Source: Acidobacteriota bacterium (GTDB taxonomy: Bacteria > Acidobacteriota > CAIWXX01). From it: a stretch of 64,000 nt of DNA. Shown one piece after another: positions 1 to 8,818 of the stretch; positions within the stretch are counted from its first letter, which is position 1; each line of letters starts with the position of its first letter. The stretch covers positions 64,001-128,000 of the forward strand of contig JBFMAF010000035.1 in assembly GCA_040755995.1 (NCBI GenBank), written 5' to 3'. Under the pieces are notes generated by a model, which ran no database searches, was not told the origin of the DNA, and was given only the letters and a program-made list of their open reading frames with translations. The translations under genes and the position numbers were made by a program.

Positions 1-839
1 ACGTTCGCTTCTACAAGCAGGAGGAGGAGAACGACGCCACGTTCGCGGCATCGCTGGCCGAGGGCGTCGATGTGTACGTCAACGATGCTTTCGGGTCGGC
101 CCACCGCGCTCACGCTTCGACCGAGGGGATTGCCCGGCTGGTGAAGGTGGCCGTCTCGGGGCTGCTGATGGAGAAGGAGCTGGAGTATCTGGGTGGAGCT
201 CTCGAGAGGCCGGTGAGGCCGTTCGCCGCGGTGCTCGGCGGTGCCAAGGTGTCCGACAAGATCGCCGTGATCGACAACCTGCTCGACAAGGTCGATCTGC
301 TGCTGATCGGGGGCGCGATGGCATACACCTTCTTCAAGGCGAAGGGCTATGCCACGGGCAAGTCGCTCGTAGAGACCGACAAGGTGGACGTGGCCACGCG
401 CGTGCTGAAGGAAGCAAGCGAGAAGAAGGTGCCGTTGTTGCTGCCCGTCGACCACGTCACGGCGCCGGAGAAGAAGGCGGGAGCGCCGACCAGGAGGAGT
501 GAGGTTACAGAGATCGACGCGGACTGGATGGGGCTGGACATCGGCGAGCGGACCGTTGCTCAGTTTGCGGAGAAGCTGCACGCCGCCAAGACGATCGTGT
601 GGAACGGCCCGATGGGCGTGTTCGAGATTGACGAGTTCGCAGCGGGGACGATCGGAGTGGCGAAGGCCGTGGCCGAATCCGGGGGCACGTCGATCGTGGG
701 CGGCGGCGACTCGGTGGCCGCAGTCGAGAAGGCCGGTGTTGCCGGCAAGATCACGCACATCTCGACTGGCGGCGGCGCGAGCCTGGAGTTTCTCGCCGGC
801 GAGAGGCTGCCGGGTGTGGAGGCTTTGAACGACAGATGA
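1..839 (+). CDS. pgk: phosphoglycerate kinase (5' truncated by window edge)
   Basis: Motifs NDAFGSAHRAHAS, GGAKVSDKI, WNGPMGVFE, GGGDS, STGGGASLEFL; frame stays open to the window start (VRFYKQEEEND). Confidence 0.98.
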   Translation, partial: VRFYKQEEENDATFAASLAEGVDVYVNDAFGSAHRAHASTEGIARLVKVAVSGLLMEKELEYLGGALERPVRPFAAVLGGAKVSDKIAVIDNLLDKVDLLLIGGAMAYTFFKAKGYATGKSLVETDKVDVATRVLKEASEKKVPLLLPVDHVTAPEKKAGAPTRRSEVTEIDADWMGLDIGERTVAQFAEKLHAAKTIVWNGPMGVFEIDEFAAGTIGVAKAVAESGGTSIVGGGDSVAAVEKAGVAGKITHISTGGGASLEFLAGERLPGVEALNDR

Positions 840-1588
840 GAACGCCGTTTGTAGCCGGGAACTGGAAGATGAACTGTACGCGCCGGGAGGCGGAGAGGCT
901 CGCCGGTGAGCTCGTGAAGCAGATCGGGTCACTGGACGCAATCGATGTGGCGTTGTGCCCTCCGTATACGGCGATCGAAACCGTGAGGCGCGTGATCTCC
1001 GGCTCCCGGCTTCATCTCGGCGCCCAGGACCTGCATTGGGAGCGGAAGGGTGCATTCACGGGGGAGGTCTCTGCCGAGATGCTGCGGGACGCTGAATGCG
1101 AGCTCGTCATCATCGGGCATTCCGAGCGCCGGCAGTTTTTCGGCGAAACAGACGAGAGCGTCAATCGCAAGCTCAAGGCGGCCGCAGCAGCGGGGCTCGG
1201 CGCCATCATGTGCATCGGCGAGACACTGGCAGAGCGCGAGTCCGGGCGCACGCTGGAAGTGGTCGAGCGGCAGTTGAGGGACGGGCTCGACGGCGCGGGG
1301 CACGAGAGGTTGACAATCGCCTACGAGCCCGTGTGGGCGATCGGCACGGGAAAGGTGGCCACACCGGAGCAGGCTCAGGAGGTGCACGCGTTCATCCGCC
1401 GATGGCTGCGCGACAGATACGGCGAGGCTGCCGATCGGATGAGGATCCAGTACGGAGGCAGCGTCAAGCCGGATAACGTGGATGGGCTGATGGCCCAGCC
1501 GGACATCGATGGATCGCTGGTGGGTGGAGCGAGCTTGCAGCCGGAGAGCTTTTGCGGTATCGTACGAGGTTCTGTGAGGATGAAGTAG
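836..1588 (+). CDS. tpiA: triosephosphate isomerase
   Basis: AGNWKMN, IGHSERR, AYEPVWAIGTG, YGGSVK, LVGGASL; ATGA overlap with pgk. Confidence 0.98.
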   Translation: MRTPFVAGNWKMNCTRREAERLAGELVKQIGSLDAIDVALCPPYTAIETVRRVISGSRLHLGAQDLHWERKGAFTGEVSAEMLRDAECELVIIGHSERRQFFGETDESVNRKLKAAAAAGLGAIMCIGETLAERESGRTLEVVERQLRDGLDGAGHERLTIAYEPVWAIGTGKVATPEQAQEVHAFIRRWLRDRYGEAADRMRIQYGGSVKPDNVDGLMAQPDIDGSLVGGASLQPESFCGIVRGSVRMK

Positions 1589-1876
1589 ATGTTCATTACA
1601 CTCGTCTCGATCGTGCACGTCATCGTCTGTCTGATACTGATTCTGGTGGTATTGCTGCAGTCGGGCAAGGGCGCGGACCTAGCGAGCGCCTTCGGAGGCG
1701 GCAGCAGCCAGACGACGTTCGGACCGAGAGGCGCCGCCACCTTCCTGAGCAAGGCGACCACGATAGCAGCCATCGTGTTCATGATCACGTCCTTGACCAT
1801 GTACCTGTATCAGACCAAGCCGAGATCATCGGTCGTCCAGGACGTGCCCACCAGCCAGACACCAGCCAAGAAGTAG
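1589..1876 (+). CDS. secG: preprotein translocase subunit SecG
   Basis: Two TM helices, LLQSGKGADLASAFGGG motif, canonical position after tpiA. Confidence 0.96.
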   Translation: MFITLVSIVHVIVCLILILVVLLQSGKGADLASAFGGGSSQTTFGPRGAATFLSKATTIAAIVFMITSLTMYLYQTKPRSSVVQDVPTSQTPAKK

Positions 1877-1914
1877 GTTCAAGGTTCCCGGTTCAAGGTT
1901 CCCGGTTCGGTTCG
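1876..1914 (+). repeat. tandem heptamer array GGTTCNN (left arm)
   Basis: GGTTCAA GGTTCCC GGTTCAA GGTTCCC GGTTC read directly. Confidence 0.9.
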
Positions 1915-2307
1915 ATGGCCACCGTGAGGCGGTTCCAGGACCTTGAGGCGTGGCAGGTCGCCCGGCAACTGACCCGGGCCGTCTACTCGCACACGGGCGC
2001 AGGAGGCTTTGCCAGGGACTTTGGCATGCGGGATCAGGTTCAGCGGGCAGCTGTTTCTGTGATGTCGAACATAGCGGAAGGATTCGAGCGTGGAGGCAAC
2101 ATTGAGTTTGTCCAGTTCCTGTCGACCGCCAAAGGTTCTGCCGCGGAGGTCGAGTCACTGCTTTACGCAGCACTAGACCAAGGGTATCTTTCTGAAGGTG
2201 ATTTCGAGGCGCTTCACGCTCTCACCGTCTCCATCAGAAAACTGCTTCAGGGCTTGATCAACTACCTCAAGAAATCCCCTTACAGGGGCCCGAAGTACAA
2301 GCAGTAG
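1915..2307 (+). CDS. four helix bundle protein (23S rRNA IVS / bAvd-like family)
   Basis: MATVRRFQDLEAWQ, DQVQRAAVSVMSNIAEGFER, FLSTAKGSAAEV; real start taken as ATG 1915, not 1552. Confidence 0.93.
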   Translation: MATVRRFQDLEAWQVARQLTRAVYSHTGAGGFARDFGMRDQVQRAAVSVMSNIAEGFERGGNIEFVQFLSTAKGSAAEVESLLYAALDQGYLSEGDFEALHALTVSIRKLLQGLINYLKKSPYRGPKYKQ

Positions 2308-2333
2308 GCCCTCAGGAAACAACTCAACCTCCG

Positions 2334-2368
2334 ACAAACCGCGAACCGGAAACCTGGAACCGAGAACC
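2334..2368 (+). repeat. tandem heptamer array NN(G/A)AACC (right arm, inverted relative to 1876-1914)
   Basis: ACAAACC GCGAACC GGAAACC TGGAACC GAGAACC. Confidence 0.85.
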
Positions 2369-2373
2369 GGCGT

Positions 2374-3276
2374 TTAGCGGATGTCCGGCGCGCTGTCCTC
2401 CGCCTCGTTGTGAGTGAAGCGGAGGGATTCGGCGAAAGGGGTCGACGGCATCAGATACAGCTCGTAGTGGTTCTGGTTCTTCTTGCTGTCGGAAGACGCG
2501 AACACGATCCAGTTCTGGCTCGGGCAGAAGCGCGGGAAGTACGGGAATTCCTTGACGTTCGTCATCCGCTGGTCCTTGCCTGTGACCCGATCGTACATGT
2601 AAATGTCCGTGCGACTCTTGTTCTCGCGGAAGTGGACATAGAGGAGCTTCGTGCCGTCCTTCGAGAACGAAGGCTGGCAACCGCGGCCAACAATCGTCAT
2701 CTCTCCGGTGGTCATGTCCATCAGAGTGACGTGCCAGCCCTCGGGGAGCTCACCCCCCGGCTTCGCGTACTGCGTGAAAGCCAGCGTGACGTTATCCACC
2801 GCGAGCTGTCCCCATTCACAGCGGACGCCGGCCGGGCCCACAGGGCCCGTGATCTCCCGGGTCGCCCGATCGAAGATGAACACACTGCTCCTGCTCTTCT
2901 TGACCGGGCCCGTGAACACGATCCTCTTGCCATCGCCCGAGTAGTGCGGGTAAGTGACCGGGCCGTCCGGGCTCGATATGAGCTGCTCCTGCAGCGTCCC
3001 GTCCGAGTTCATGATCCAGATGCACTCCTCCCCGCCACGATCCGATGTGAACACAAGGCGCTTGCCGTCAAGCGAGAAGGACGGGTACATGTCGTCAGCA
3101 GGATTGTTGCTGATGTTCGTCAGGACCTTGTTCTCATCGCGCAGGTAGATCTCGAAATTGCCCGTCCGGTTGCTCTGAAAAACAACGGGCCCCTTGTACC
3201 ACTCGGGCGCCTCCTCGGCGGCGAGGAGCCCCGCCATGAGAATCGCGCAAATCGGAACAAGCCAACGATGCATCAT
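2374..3276 (-). CDS. secreted TolB-like (PD40 repeat) beta-propeller protein
   Basis: Signal peptide; repeats FQSNRTGNFEIY, PSFSLDGKRLVFTSDR, PSFSKDGTKLLY. Confidence 0.88.
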   Translation of the reverse strand: MMHRWLVPICAILMAGLLAAEEAPEWYKGPVVFQSNRTGNFEIYLRDENKVLTNISNNPADDMYPSFSLDGKRLVFTSDRGGEECIWIMNSDGTLQEQLISSPDGPVTYPHYSGDGKRIVFTGPVKKSRSSVFIFDRATREITGPVGPAGVRCEWGQLAVDNVTLAFTQYAKPGGELPEGWHVTLMDMTTGEMTIVGRGCQPSFSKDGTKLLYVHFRENKSRTDIYMYDRVTGKDQRMTNVKEFPYFPRFCPSQNWIVFASSDSKKNQNHYELYLMPSTPFAESLRFTHNEAEDSAPDIR

Positions 3277-3350
3277 CAGCCCAAGCGGGGATTATACTCA
3301 CAGGGTGGGCGCAAGGCCAGCAAGCGGGGGAGTCGGAGGTGGACGCCGGC

Positions 3351-4367
3351 TCAGGACCCGTCGGCCAGCGCGCTCACCACACCGCACAGTCCGGAGCTGA
3401 CGCGCGCTAGCGCTGCGTAGTCGACCTTGTCCGGCGTATCCGTGGGCATGTGGTAGTGAGGATAGCGATAGGGTGCTGTGTCTGTGGCCATGAACGCCGG
3501 ATAACCCTCGTGCCAGAAAGCCCCATGGTCGCTCCAGTCGATCCCCGGAATCCCCGACCACGTCGCGCAGCACTGGACGGGGAAGTCGGAGTGACCTCGG
3601 AACGCTGCCACCGCGCCATGCATGATGCTGCGAGAGCCGAAGTTGGAGACAAAACCGATGAAATTGCCGCGATCGGGATAGAACCAGTTCAGCGGAGCGG
3701 GATATTGCTGGCTTCCGGGATTGTCCGTGTAGTATCCGATGGTCTCGAGAGAGATCATCACCCGTATCTTGTCGCCTCTCGCCCGCGCCATCTTCGCATA
3801 CACGCGGCTCCCCATCTGACCCGTCCGGAAAAACGGCGGTTCCTCGTCGACGAAGGCGACGAACCTGACGGCGGCCACAGGTGCGTTTTTCGCGAAGTAG
3901 CGCGATATCTCGAGCATCGCAGCCACGCCGCTGGCGTTGTCGTTTGCCCCCGGAGTGGCTTCGGCAGATTCGTAGTGAGCCCCCACGAGTACCATTGGCA
4001 TTGAGGCCTGCCGGCCGCCCCGCGTCACCTCGACGTTCGTGCACTCGACGCCCCGCACTTTGTAGGTCTGTCTTGCAACCCGGTAGCCCTGCGCCACCCA
4101 GTTCTGCTCGATATACTCCCGTGCACGCTCCATCGCATCCGAGTGCGTAACGTTCCGCTCTCCGATCTCTCCGGCCAGCACCTGAACGTGCGCCCTGACG
4201 GACTCAGGCGAAATCGCCGGCGCCTTCACCAGAGGCCGGAATGGGCAGAAACATCGAGTCATGTACAGAGCGACAGCCGTTGCGACGACGAAGACCAGCA
4301 AGAGCCCTGTTGCGATCCAGATCAGCGGACGAACACCCGCTCGCTCCACGACTGAATCATAGCACAT
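3351..4367 (-). CDS. M28 family peptidase (start uncertain)
   Basis: VGAHYES, PGANDNASGVA, FVDEEPPFF, WSDH, YPHYH..TDT; N-terminal TM helix. Confidence 0.9.
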   Translation of the reverse strand: MCYDSVVERAGVRPLIWIATGLLLVFVVATAVALYMTRCFCPFRPLVKAPAISPESVRAHVQVLAGEIGERNVTHSDAMERAREYIEQNWVAQGYRVARQTYKVRGVECTNVEVTRGGRQASMPMVLVGAHYESAEATPGANDNASGVAAMLEISRYFAKNAPVAAVRFVAFVDEEPPFFRTGQMGSRVYAKMARARGDKIRVMISLETIGYYTDNPGSQQYPAPLNWFYPDRGNFIGFVSNFGSRSIMHGAVAAFRGHSDFPVQCCATWSGIPGIDWSDHGAFWHEGYPAFMATDTAPYRYPHYHMPTDTPDKVDYAALARVSSGLCGVVSALADGS

Positions 4368-4420
4368 GTGCCTTGTCCGTCATCATGATCCACGCTCAGG
4401 GATGCGCCCTGGATGCCGCC

Positions 4421-4461
4421 GGGTTCGGGAACCATGAACCGGGAACCGGGAACCATGGACC
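4421..4461 (+). repeat. intergenic heptamer array NNGAACC x5
   Basis: GGGTTC then GGGAACC ATGAACC GGGAACC GGGAACC ATGGACC. Confidence 0.85.
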
Positions 4462-4469
4462 GCGACGCC

Positions 4470-4498
4470 TTGACTTGCCCGGCAGCGTCGCTGATAAT
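4470..4498 (+). promoter_or_regulatory. sigma-70-like promoter
   Basis: TTGACT-17 bp-GATAAT, ending 5-8 nt before GTG 4504/ATG 4507. Confidence 0.55.
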
Positions 4499-4506
4499 AC
4501 CGCGTG

Positions 4507-4893
4507 ATGAAGGAGACTGAGCAGGCGAAGTCGTTTCCGCTGGTGCCGTGTGCGCTGGCCTATCTCGTGCCGGGCTGCGGGCACCTGTACCTTGGGAAGA
4601 GGTATCGCGGGCTGATCTTTCTCGTGGCGATCCCGCTGATGTTCGTGATCGGGCTCTACATGGGCGGCAAGCTGTACGAAGCGGACCCGGTGCATCCGCT
4701 CACCTATCTGGCTGTTTTCGCCAACCTCGGCAACGGGCTGCTCTACTTCACCACGAAGCTGCTCGGTATTGGCGCGGGTCGCATTCTGGACGTGACTTTC
4801 GAGCACGGGTGCACGTTCATCCTGGTATCGGGTCTGCTGAACTTTCTGGTCATTCTGGACGCCTACGACATCGCTATCGGGAAGAAGTCGTGA
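4507..4893 (+). CDS. membrane protein, DUF6677-like
   Basis: LVPGCGHLYLGK motif, several TM segments, GLLNFLVILDAYD C-terminus. Confidence 0.75.
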   Translation: MKETEQAKSFPLVPCALAYLVPGCGHLYLGKRYRGLIFLVAIPLMFVIGLYMGGKLYEADPVHPLTYLAVFANLGNGLLYFTTKLLGIGAGRILDVTFEHGCTFILVSGLLNFLVILDAYDIAIGKKS

Positions 4894-5063
4894 ACAGCTA
4901 CCTTCTGATCCTCTTCGTCTTCTCGGTTCTGGTGACCGCAGTCCTGACACCGCTCCAGAAGGAAGGCAAGCGCGAACAGATCGTGTACGCCATCAAGCTG
5001 TTCTGCGGCCTGTTCTTCGGAGCTATTCTGGCCGGCTGGCTCATGTATCCGTTTCCGTTCTGA
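4890..5063 (+). CDS. small two-TM membrane protein (57 aa)
   Basis: GTGA overlap with upstream stop; hydrophobic, ends GWLMYPFPF (3' part of ORF 4548..5063). Confidence 0.7.
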   Translation: MNSYLLILFVFSVLVTAVLTPLQKEGKREQIVYAIKLFCGLFFGAILAGWLMYPFPF

Positions 5064-5165
5064 GCCCTGTACGGCTCGGATGCGGTGAAACGTCTGGCGA
5101 GAGTCGTGTGATCCGGCCGAGCGGGGAGCCGCGGATCGAACCTTCAAGCTGGGGTCGCATTCGGT

Positions 5166-6476
5166 GTGCTTATGCTTGATCAGGGCGGGTCCATGGGCGT
5201 TTCCAGACTGTCCAGGGCGCGGGTCCTCATCAGTCGCTGGGGACCCGCGGCGACGTGGATGATTGTGATCTTCGCTCTCTCGGCCCAGCCGGGGAGCAGC
5301 CTGGAGCCGCCATTCCCCGACTATGCCCTCCATTTCTCTGCCTACGCCGTGCTTGGGGCGCTTGTCTACTGGGCCTGCCAGGACTCACGACGGGCTCTGG
5401 TCATAGCTGCCGTGGTGGGATCGCTTTACGGCGCGACCGACGAGATCCATCAGGCGCTGGTGCCCGGTCGCGATCCCTCCACCGTAGACTGGGCGGCGGA
5501 CACCTTGGGCGCGATCAGCGCGCCCGTTCTGCTCGCGCGGCTCCGCGACCGCATGGACCGCCGCCGCGTGATCCTGGCAGTGCTTGCCGGGCTGATCTTC
5601 TTCTCAGTCCCCGCGATCGCGCTTCTCCGAGACCGCTTCCCAGCGGGGACAAGTTTGTTCATACGCATCCTCATGGCTGCCTGCCCGATTCTGCTTGTAT
5701 TCCACTTGCGGCATCGCCGTCTGGGCTACCGGCGGATCGGCATCGTACTCGGACTGATTGCTGCGACCCTTCTCGTGATGTACGGCTATGGCTTGACATT
5801 CCAGGAGATGCTCCATCTCTACGAGTACGGGGCGCTGGCGTATCTCTATCTGGCACTTGCGCCAGCCGGCCAGTCACCCACCATCTGCGCCGCCCTCGCC
5901 TTCTCAGCCGGCGTTGCGCTCTGCGACGAGTCCCTCCAGTGGCTCTGGCCGGATCGCATCGGCGAGATCAAGGATGTGGTCGGGGACGTGCTATTCGCAG
6001 CGGCCGGGGCGATGCTGCTTGCCCGCGGCGTCGCATCCTCCCCGCGACCGCACTGGTGGTCCTTGCGCGCGGCGCTCATGATCATCGCGATGGCCGTTGC
6101 GTCGGTGCCGTTCGTCTGGCAGGTCCACTCCGGCTACCTCGTGTCGGTTGGCGGTGTGAGTTTCTTGAGCGCGGGCAAGGGGGGCTTGTGGCCGCCCGCC
6201 AGCGTCGTTCGCAAGGAGGCCCTTGCACATGTCCAGCTCCGTAATGAGCTGTACAGCGCAGGGAGGCTCGCCGAAGCGTCGGCGGAAAATCTCATCTTGA
6301 GCCGCTGCTACTCGACGTACATGGCTGGGCATAGGTACTCCAAGGCGCAGCTCGCCACTCTGCCGGCTCCTCTCAGCCCATACAGCAGCCGCGTGCCTCG
6401 AATCCTCTGGCTCACTCGCGGGACGGCGTCTCCTGCCTCTTCGCCTGCTCCCAGAGCATCTCCATCTTCTCGTTGA
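5166..6476 (+). CDS. VanZ family membrane protein with two VanZ-like domains (start uncertain)
   Basis: HFSAYAVLG..TDEIHQALVPGR..DWAADTLG and HLYEYGAL..CDESLQWLWPDR..DVVGD. Confidence 0.75.
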   Translation: MLMLDQGGSMGVSRLSRARVLISRWGPAATWMIVIFALSAQPGSSLEPPFPDYALHFSAYAVLGALVYWACQDSRRALVIAAVVGSLYGATDEIHQALVPGRDPSTVDWAADTLGAISAPVLLARLRDRMDRRRVILAVLAGLIFFSVPAIALLRDRFPAGTSLFIRILMAACPILLVFHLRHRRLGYRRIGIVLGLIAATLLVMYGYGLTFQEMLHLYEYGALAYLYLALAPAGQSPTICAALAFSAGVALCDESLQWLWPDRIGEIKDVVGDVLFAAAGAMLLARGVASSPRPHWWSLRAALMIIAMAVASVPFVWQVHSGYLVSVGGVSFLSAGKGGLWPPASVVRKEALAHVQLRNELYSAGRLAEASAENLILSRCYSTYMAGHRYSKAQLATLPAPLSPYSSRVPRILWLTRGTASPASSPAPRASPSSR

Positions 6477-7215
6477 TCGCCCGGCTCGGCTTCTCTCCCT
6501 CTTCCCTCAGTTTCCCCTCGATCCACTGGAACCGCCGCACGAACTTCAGGTTGGCCTGGCGTAAGGCGTCCTCGGGATCGACACCGGCGAGCCGTGCCAG
6601 GTTGGCTGAGGCGAACAGCAGGTCGCCTATCTCCTCCTGCACGCGCCCCCGGGGCTCAGCCAGCTCCCGCTCCAGCTCCCCAAGCTCCTCCCGCACCTTC
6701 TGGACCACAGCCGCAGCCGTTGGCCAGTCGAATCCGACTCGACTGGCCTTGCTCGATATCAGGTTGCTGTGCAGCAGCGCCGGCAGGCTCCGCTGCACAT
6801 CGTTGAAAATCGACTCAGACTGCTTCTCACGGGCCTTTATCGATTCCCACTGCACCAGAACCTCCTCGCTCGTGCGCGCGTTCGACTCCCCGAAGATGTG
6901 CGGGTGCCGGCGCTTCATCTTGGTGGTGATCTCGTCGAGCACATCGTCGATCGTGAAGTGCCCGTCTTCCTTCATTATTCGGGTGATGAAGATCACCTGG
7001 AAGAGCAGATCCCCCATCTCCTCGCGCAGCTTCGAGGCGTCGCGCGAATCGATCGTCTCCATCACCTCGTAAACCTCTTCGAGGATGTAGGTCTTGAGGT
7101 TTTCCAGCTTCTGTTCTCTGTCCCAGGGGCAGCCGCCTTCGCCGCGAAGCCTGTCCATGATCCCGACGAGATCGCTGAACCGTTCGCCCGTCGTCCGCTT
7201 CCGTTCATCGCTCAT
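6412..7215 (-). CDS. mazG: nucleoside triphosphate pyrophosphohydrolase MazG
   Basis: GCPWDREQ, EEVYEV, EEMGDLLFQV, RRHPHIF, GFDW, EEIGDLLF, NLKFVRRF. Confidence 0.96.
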   Translation of the reverse strand: MSDERKRTTGERFSDLVGIMDRLRGEGGCPWDREQKLENLKTYILEEVYEVMETIDSRDASKLREEMGDLLFQVIFITRIMKEDGHFTIDDVLDEITTKMKRRHPHIFGESNARTSEEVLVQWESIKAREKQSESIFNDVQRSLPALLHSNLISSKASRVGFDWPTAAAVVQKVREELGELERELAEPRGRVQEEIGDLLFASANLARLAGVDPEDALRQANLKFVRRFQWIEGKLREEGEKPSRAINEKMEMLWEQAKRQETPSRE

Positions 7216-7231
7216 TCCATCACGCTCCGCC

Positions 7232-7285
7232 TTACTTATACCACACACTTGCGCGCCCGAGCGGCGCTCGCGCCTCTGCTATAAT
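7232..7285. promoter_or_regulatory. divergent extended -10 elements for mazG and SDR
   Basis: TGCTATAAT on + (7277-7285); TGGTATAAG on - (7235-7243). Confidence 0.5.
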
Positions 7286-7306
7286 CGACATCTTGGAGGG
7301 CGCGCG

Positions 7307-8017
7307 ATGAGGGAGGAGAACAGGGTCGCTGTCGTGACGGGCGCGTCGCGGGGCATCGGACGGGCGATCGCCACGACGTTTTCCCGCGGCGGATTGAAGG
7401 TCGTTCTCGCGGCTCGAGATGAAGCGGCGATCACTTCTCTGGCCGAGCAGTTCTGGCGCCATGGACGCGTGGCCCTCAGTGTTCCGACGGACGTGAGGAA
7501 GCGAAGCGACTGCGAGCGGCTGATTACTACGACTGTAGAAAGGATGGGGCGGCTCGACGTTCTGGTGAACAACGCAGGGATCGGCGCGTTCGCGCCGGTG
7601 GCCGCGCTGGAGGAGGACCAGCTCCGGAACGTCATCGAAACTAATCTCTACTCGCTGTTCTTTCTGTGCAGGGCCGCCGTGCTCCAGATGCGATCCCAGC
7701 CCGAAGGCGGCCATATCGTCAACATCGGCTCGCTCGCATCGAAGAACACGTTCGCAGGCGGAGCCGCATACTGCGCGAGCAAGTTCGGACTGCTCGCGAT
7801 GAGCGAGTGTCTGATGCTGGAGGAGCGCTACAACAACGTGCGGGTCACGGCGGTCTTGCCCGGGTCAGTCAACACATCGTTCGCCGGCGAGGCGGATGCG
7901 TCCTGGAAGGTGCCGGCCGACGACGTGGCACAGGCAGTCTGGGACGTAGTGAGCTCCAATCATGCGAGCCTGACGAGCCTGGTGGAGATCCGGCCGCTCA
8001 GGCCGCCGCGCAAGTAG
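7307..8017 (+). CDS. short-chain dehydrogenase/reductase
   Basis: TGASRGIG, VNNAG, YCASK; GGAGG RBS before ATG 7307. Confidence 0.95.
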   Translation: MREENRVAVVTGASRGIGRAIATTFSRGGLKVVLAARDEAAITSLAEQFWRHGRVALSVPTDVRKRSDCERLITTTVERMGRLDVLVNNAGIGAFAPVAALEEDQLRNVIETNLYSLFFLCRAAVLQMRSQPEGGHIVNIGSLASKNTFAGGAAYCASKFGLLAMSECLMLEERYNNVRVTAVLPGSVNTSFAGEADASWKVPADDVAQAVWDVVSSNHASLTSLVEIRPLRPPRK

Positions 8018-8154
8018 CCGGTCCTCGTACCCGTACGAGCTCGCGTACGCGACGCGGCGCGCGGGGCACGGAGAAGCGGCCGCCCGGGATTCTTCATTGC
8101 CTCTCCGCGCCTCCGCGTCCGGTGCCAAAGGGACGGCTGTGCCCGGCTTGCCGC

Positions 8155-8709
8155 TCAGAGGCTGCCCTGAGGCGCTTCTGGCGGAGCAGGCGGCTCAGGC
8201 AGCTCCGGCGGCGCCTCCTGGCGCATGAAGCCTGGTCCGCGCGGGCGTTCGGCTCCGCCCCACCCGCCCGGACCCTGTCCGAATCCGGGCCCTCCTGATC
8301 TCATCGTCTCGCGCCGCGCCTGCAGCTTCTTCCACTGCTCCGGAGTCAAGACCTTGCGCGCGTCGACGATCGTGCCTACGAGAGCCTTGATCAGGCGCGT
8401 GCGCGCGGCGCCGAGCTGGTCGGTTTGAGCGGCGATCTTGGCCTCGTCGAGGCTGTCCGACCGCAAGGCCGCTTCGAGATCAAGGCGTTTCTTCTCGAGG
8501 TCGGCCTTGAGGTCGATCGTCGACTTTCTCGATTCGAGGAAGATTTTCTCCAGCTGCGCGATCTGCTGATCTTGCAGTCCGATCTCCTTGCCCACCCTCT
8601 CGACCTGCCACCACTGGCCCGGCGGGAACCCGCCGAACGGCATCCCGTCCTCCGCGGAGCCCATGGACACCGCTCCCAGCAACAATGCCATCACAACTGC
8701 TGCGATCAT
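8155..8709 (-). CDS. periplasmic Spy/CpxP/ZraP-like helical protein
   Basis: Signal peptide, GL.DQQ..QL, VLTPEQW (LTxxQ) motif, Pro-rich tail; GGAGG RBS. Confidence 0.85.
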   Translation of the reverse strand: MIAAVVMALLLGAVSMGSAEDGMPFGGFPPGQWWQVERVGKEIGLQDQQIAQLEKIFLESRKSTIDLKADLEKKRLDLEAALRSDSLDEAKIAAQTDQLGAARTRLIKALVGTIVDARKVLTPEQWKKLQARRETMRSGGPGFGQGPGGWGGAERPRGPGFMRQEAPPELPEPPAPPEAPQGSL

Positions 8710-8818
8710 GCTGTCCTCCCTTCTCACATCCATTTGTGAGTCGCAATCGGCGCGGATGGTTTAACGTCACGCCGGCGAGGCGGCAGGAGGTGCGGTTCGC
8801 TGCGGTGCTACATCTGCC

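Noticed and set aside
1552..1914. N-terminal extension of ORF 1552..2307
   Set aside because: Overlaps secG in another frame and translates the heptamer array; family similarity starts at ATG 1915
1915..2307. Diversity-generating retroelement suggested by the Avd-like gene
   Set aside because: No reverse transcriptase or template/variable repeat pair seen in the window
1877..2373. tRNA expected after secG; GGTTC resembles a T-arm
   Set aside because: GGTTC units form a period-7 array with no cloverleaf
2410..3420. Long antisense or alternate-frame ORFs (also 27030..28277, 48790..50091, 54476..55696, 62029..63108)
   Set aside because: Shadows of well-supported genes in GC-rich DNA; no motifs
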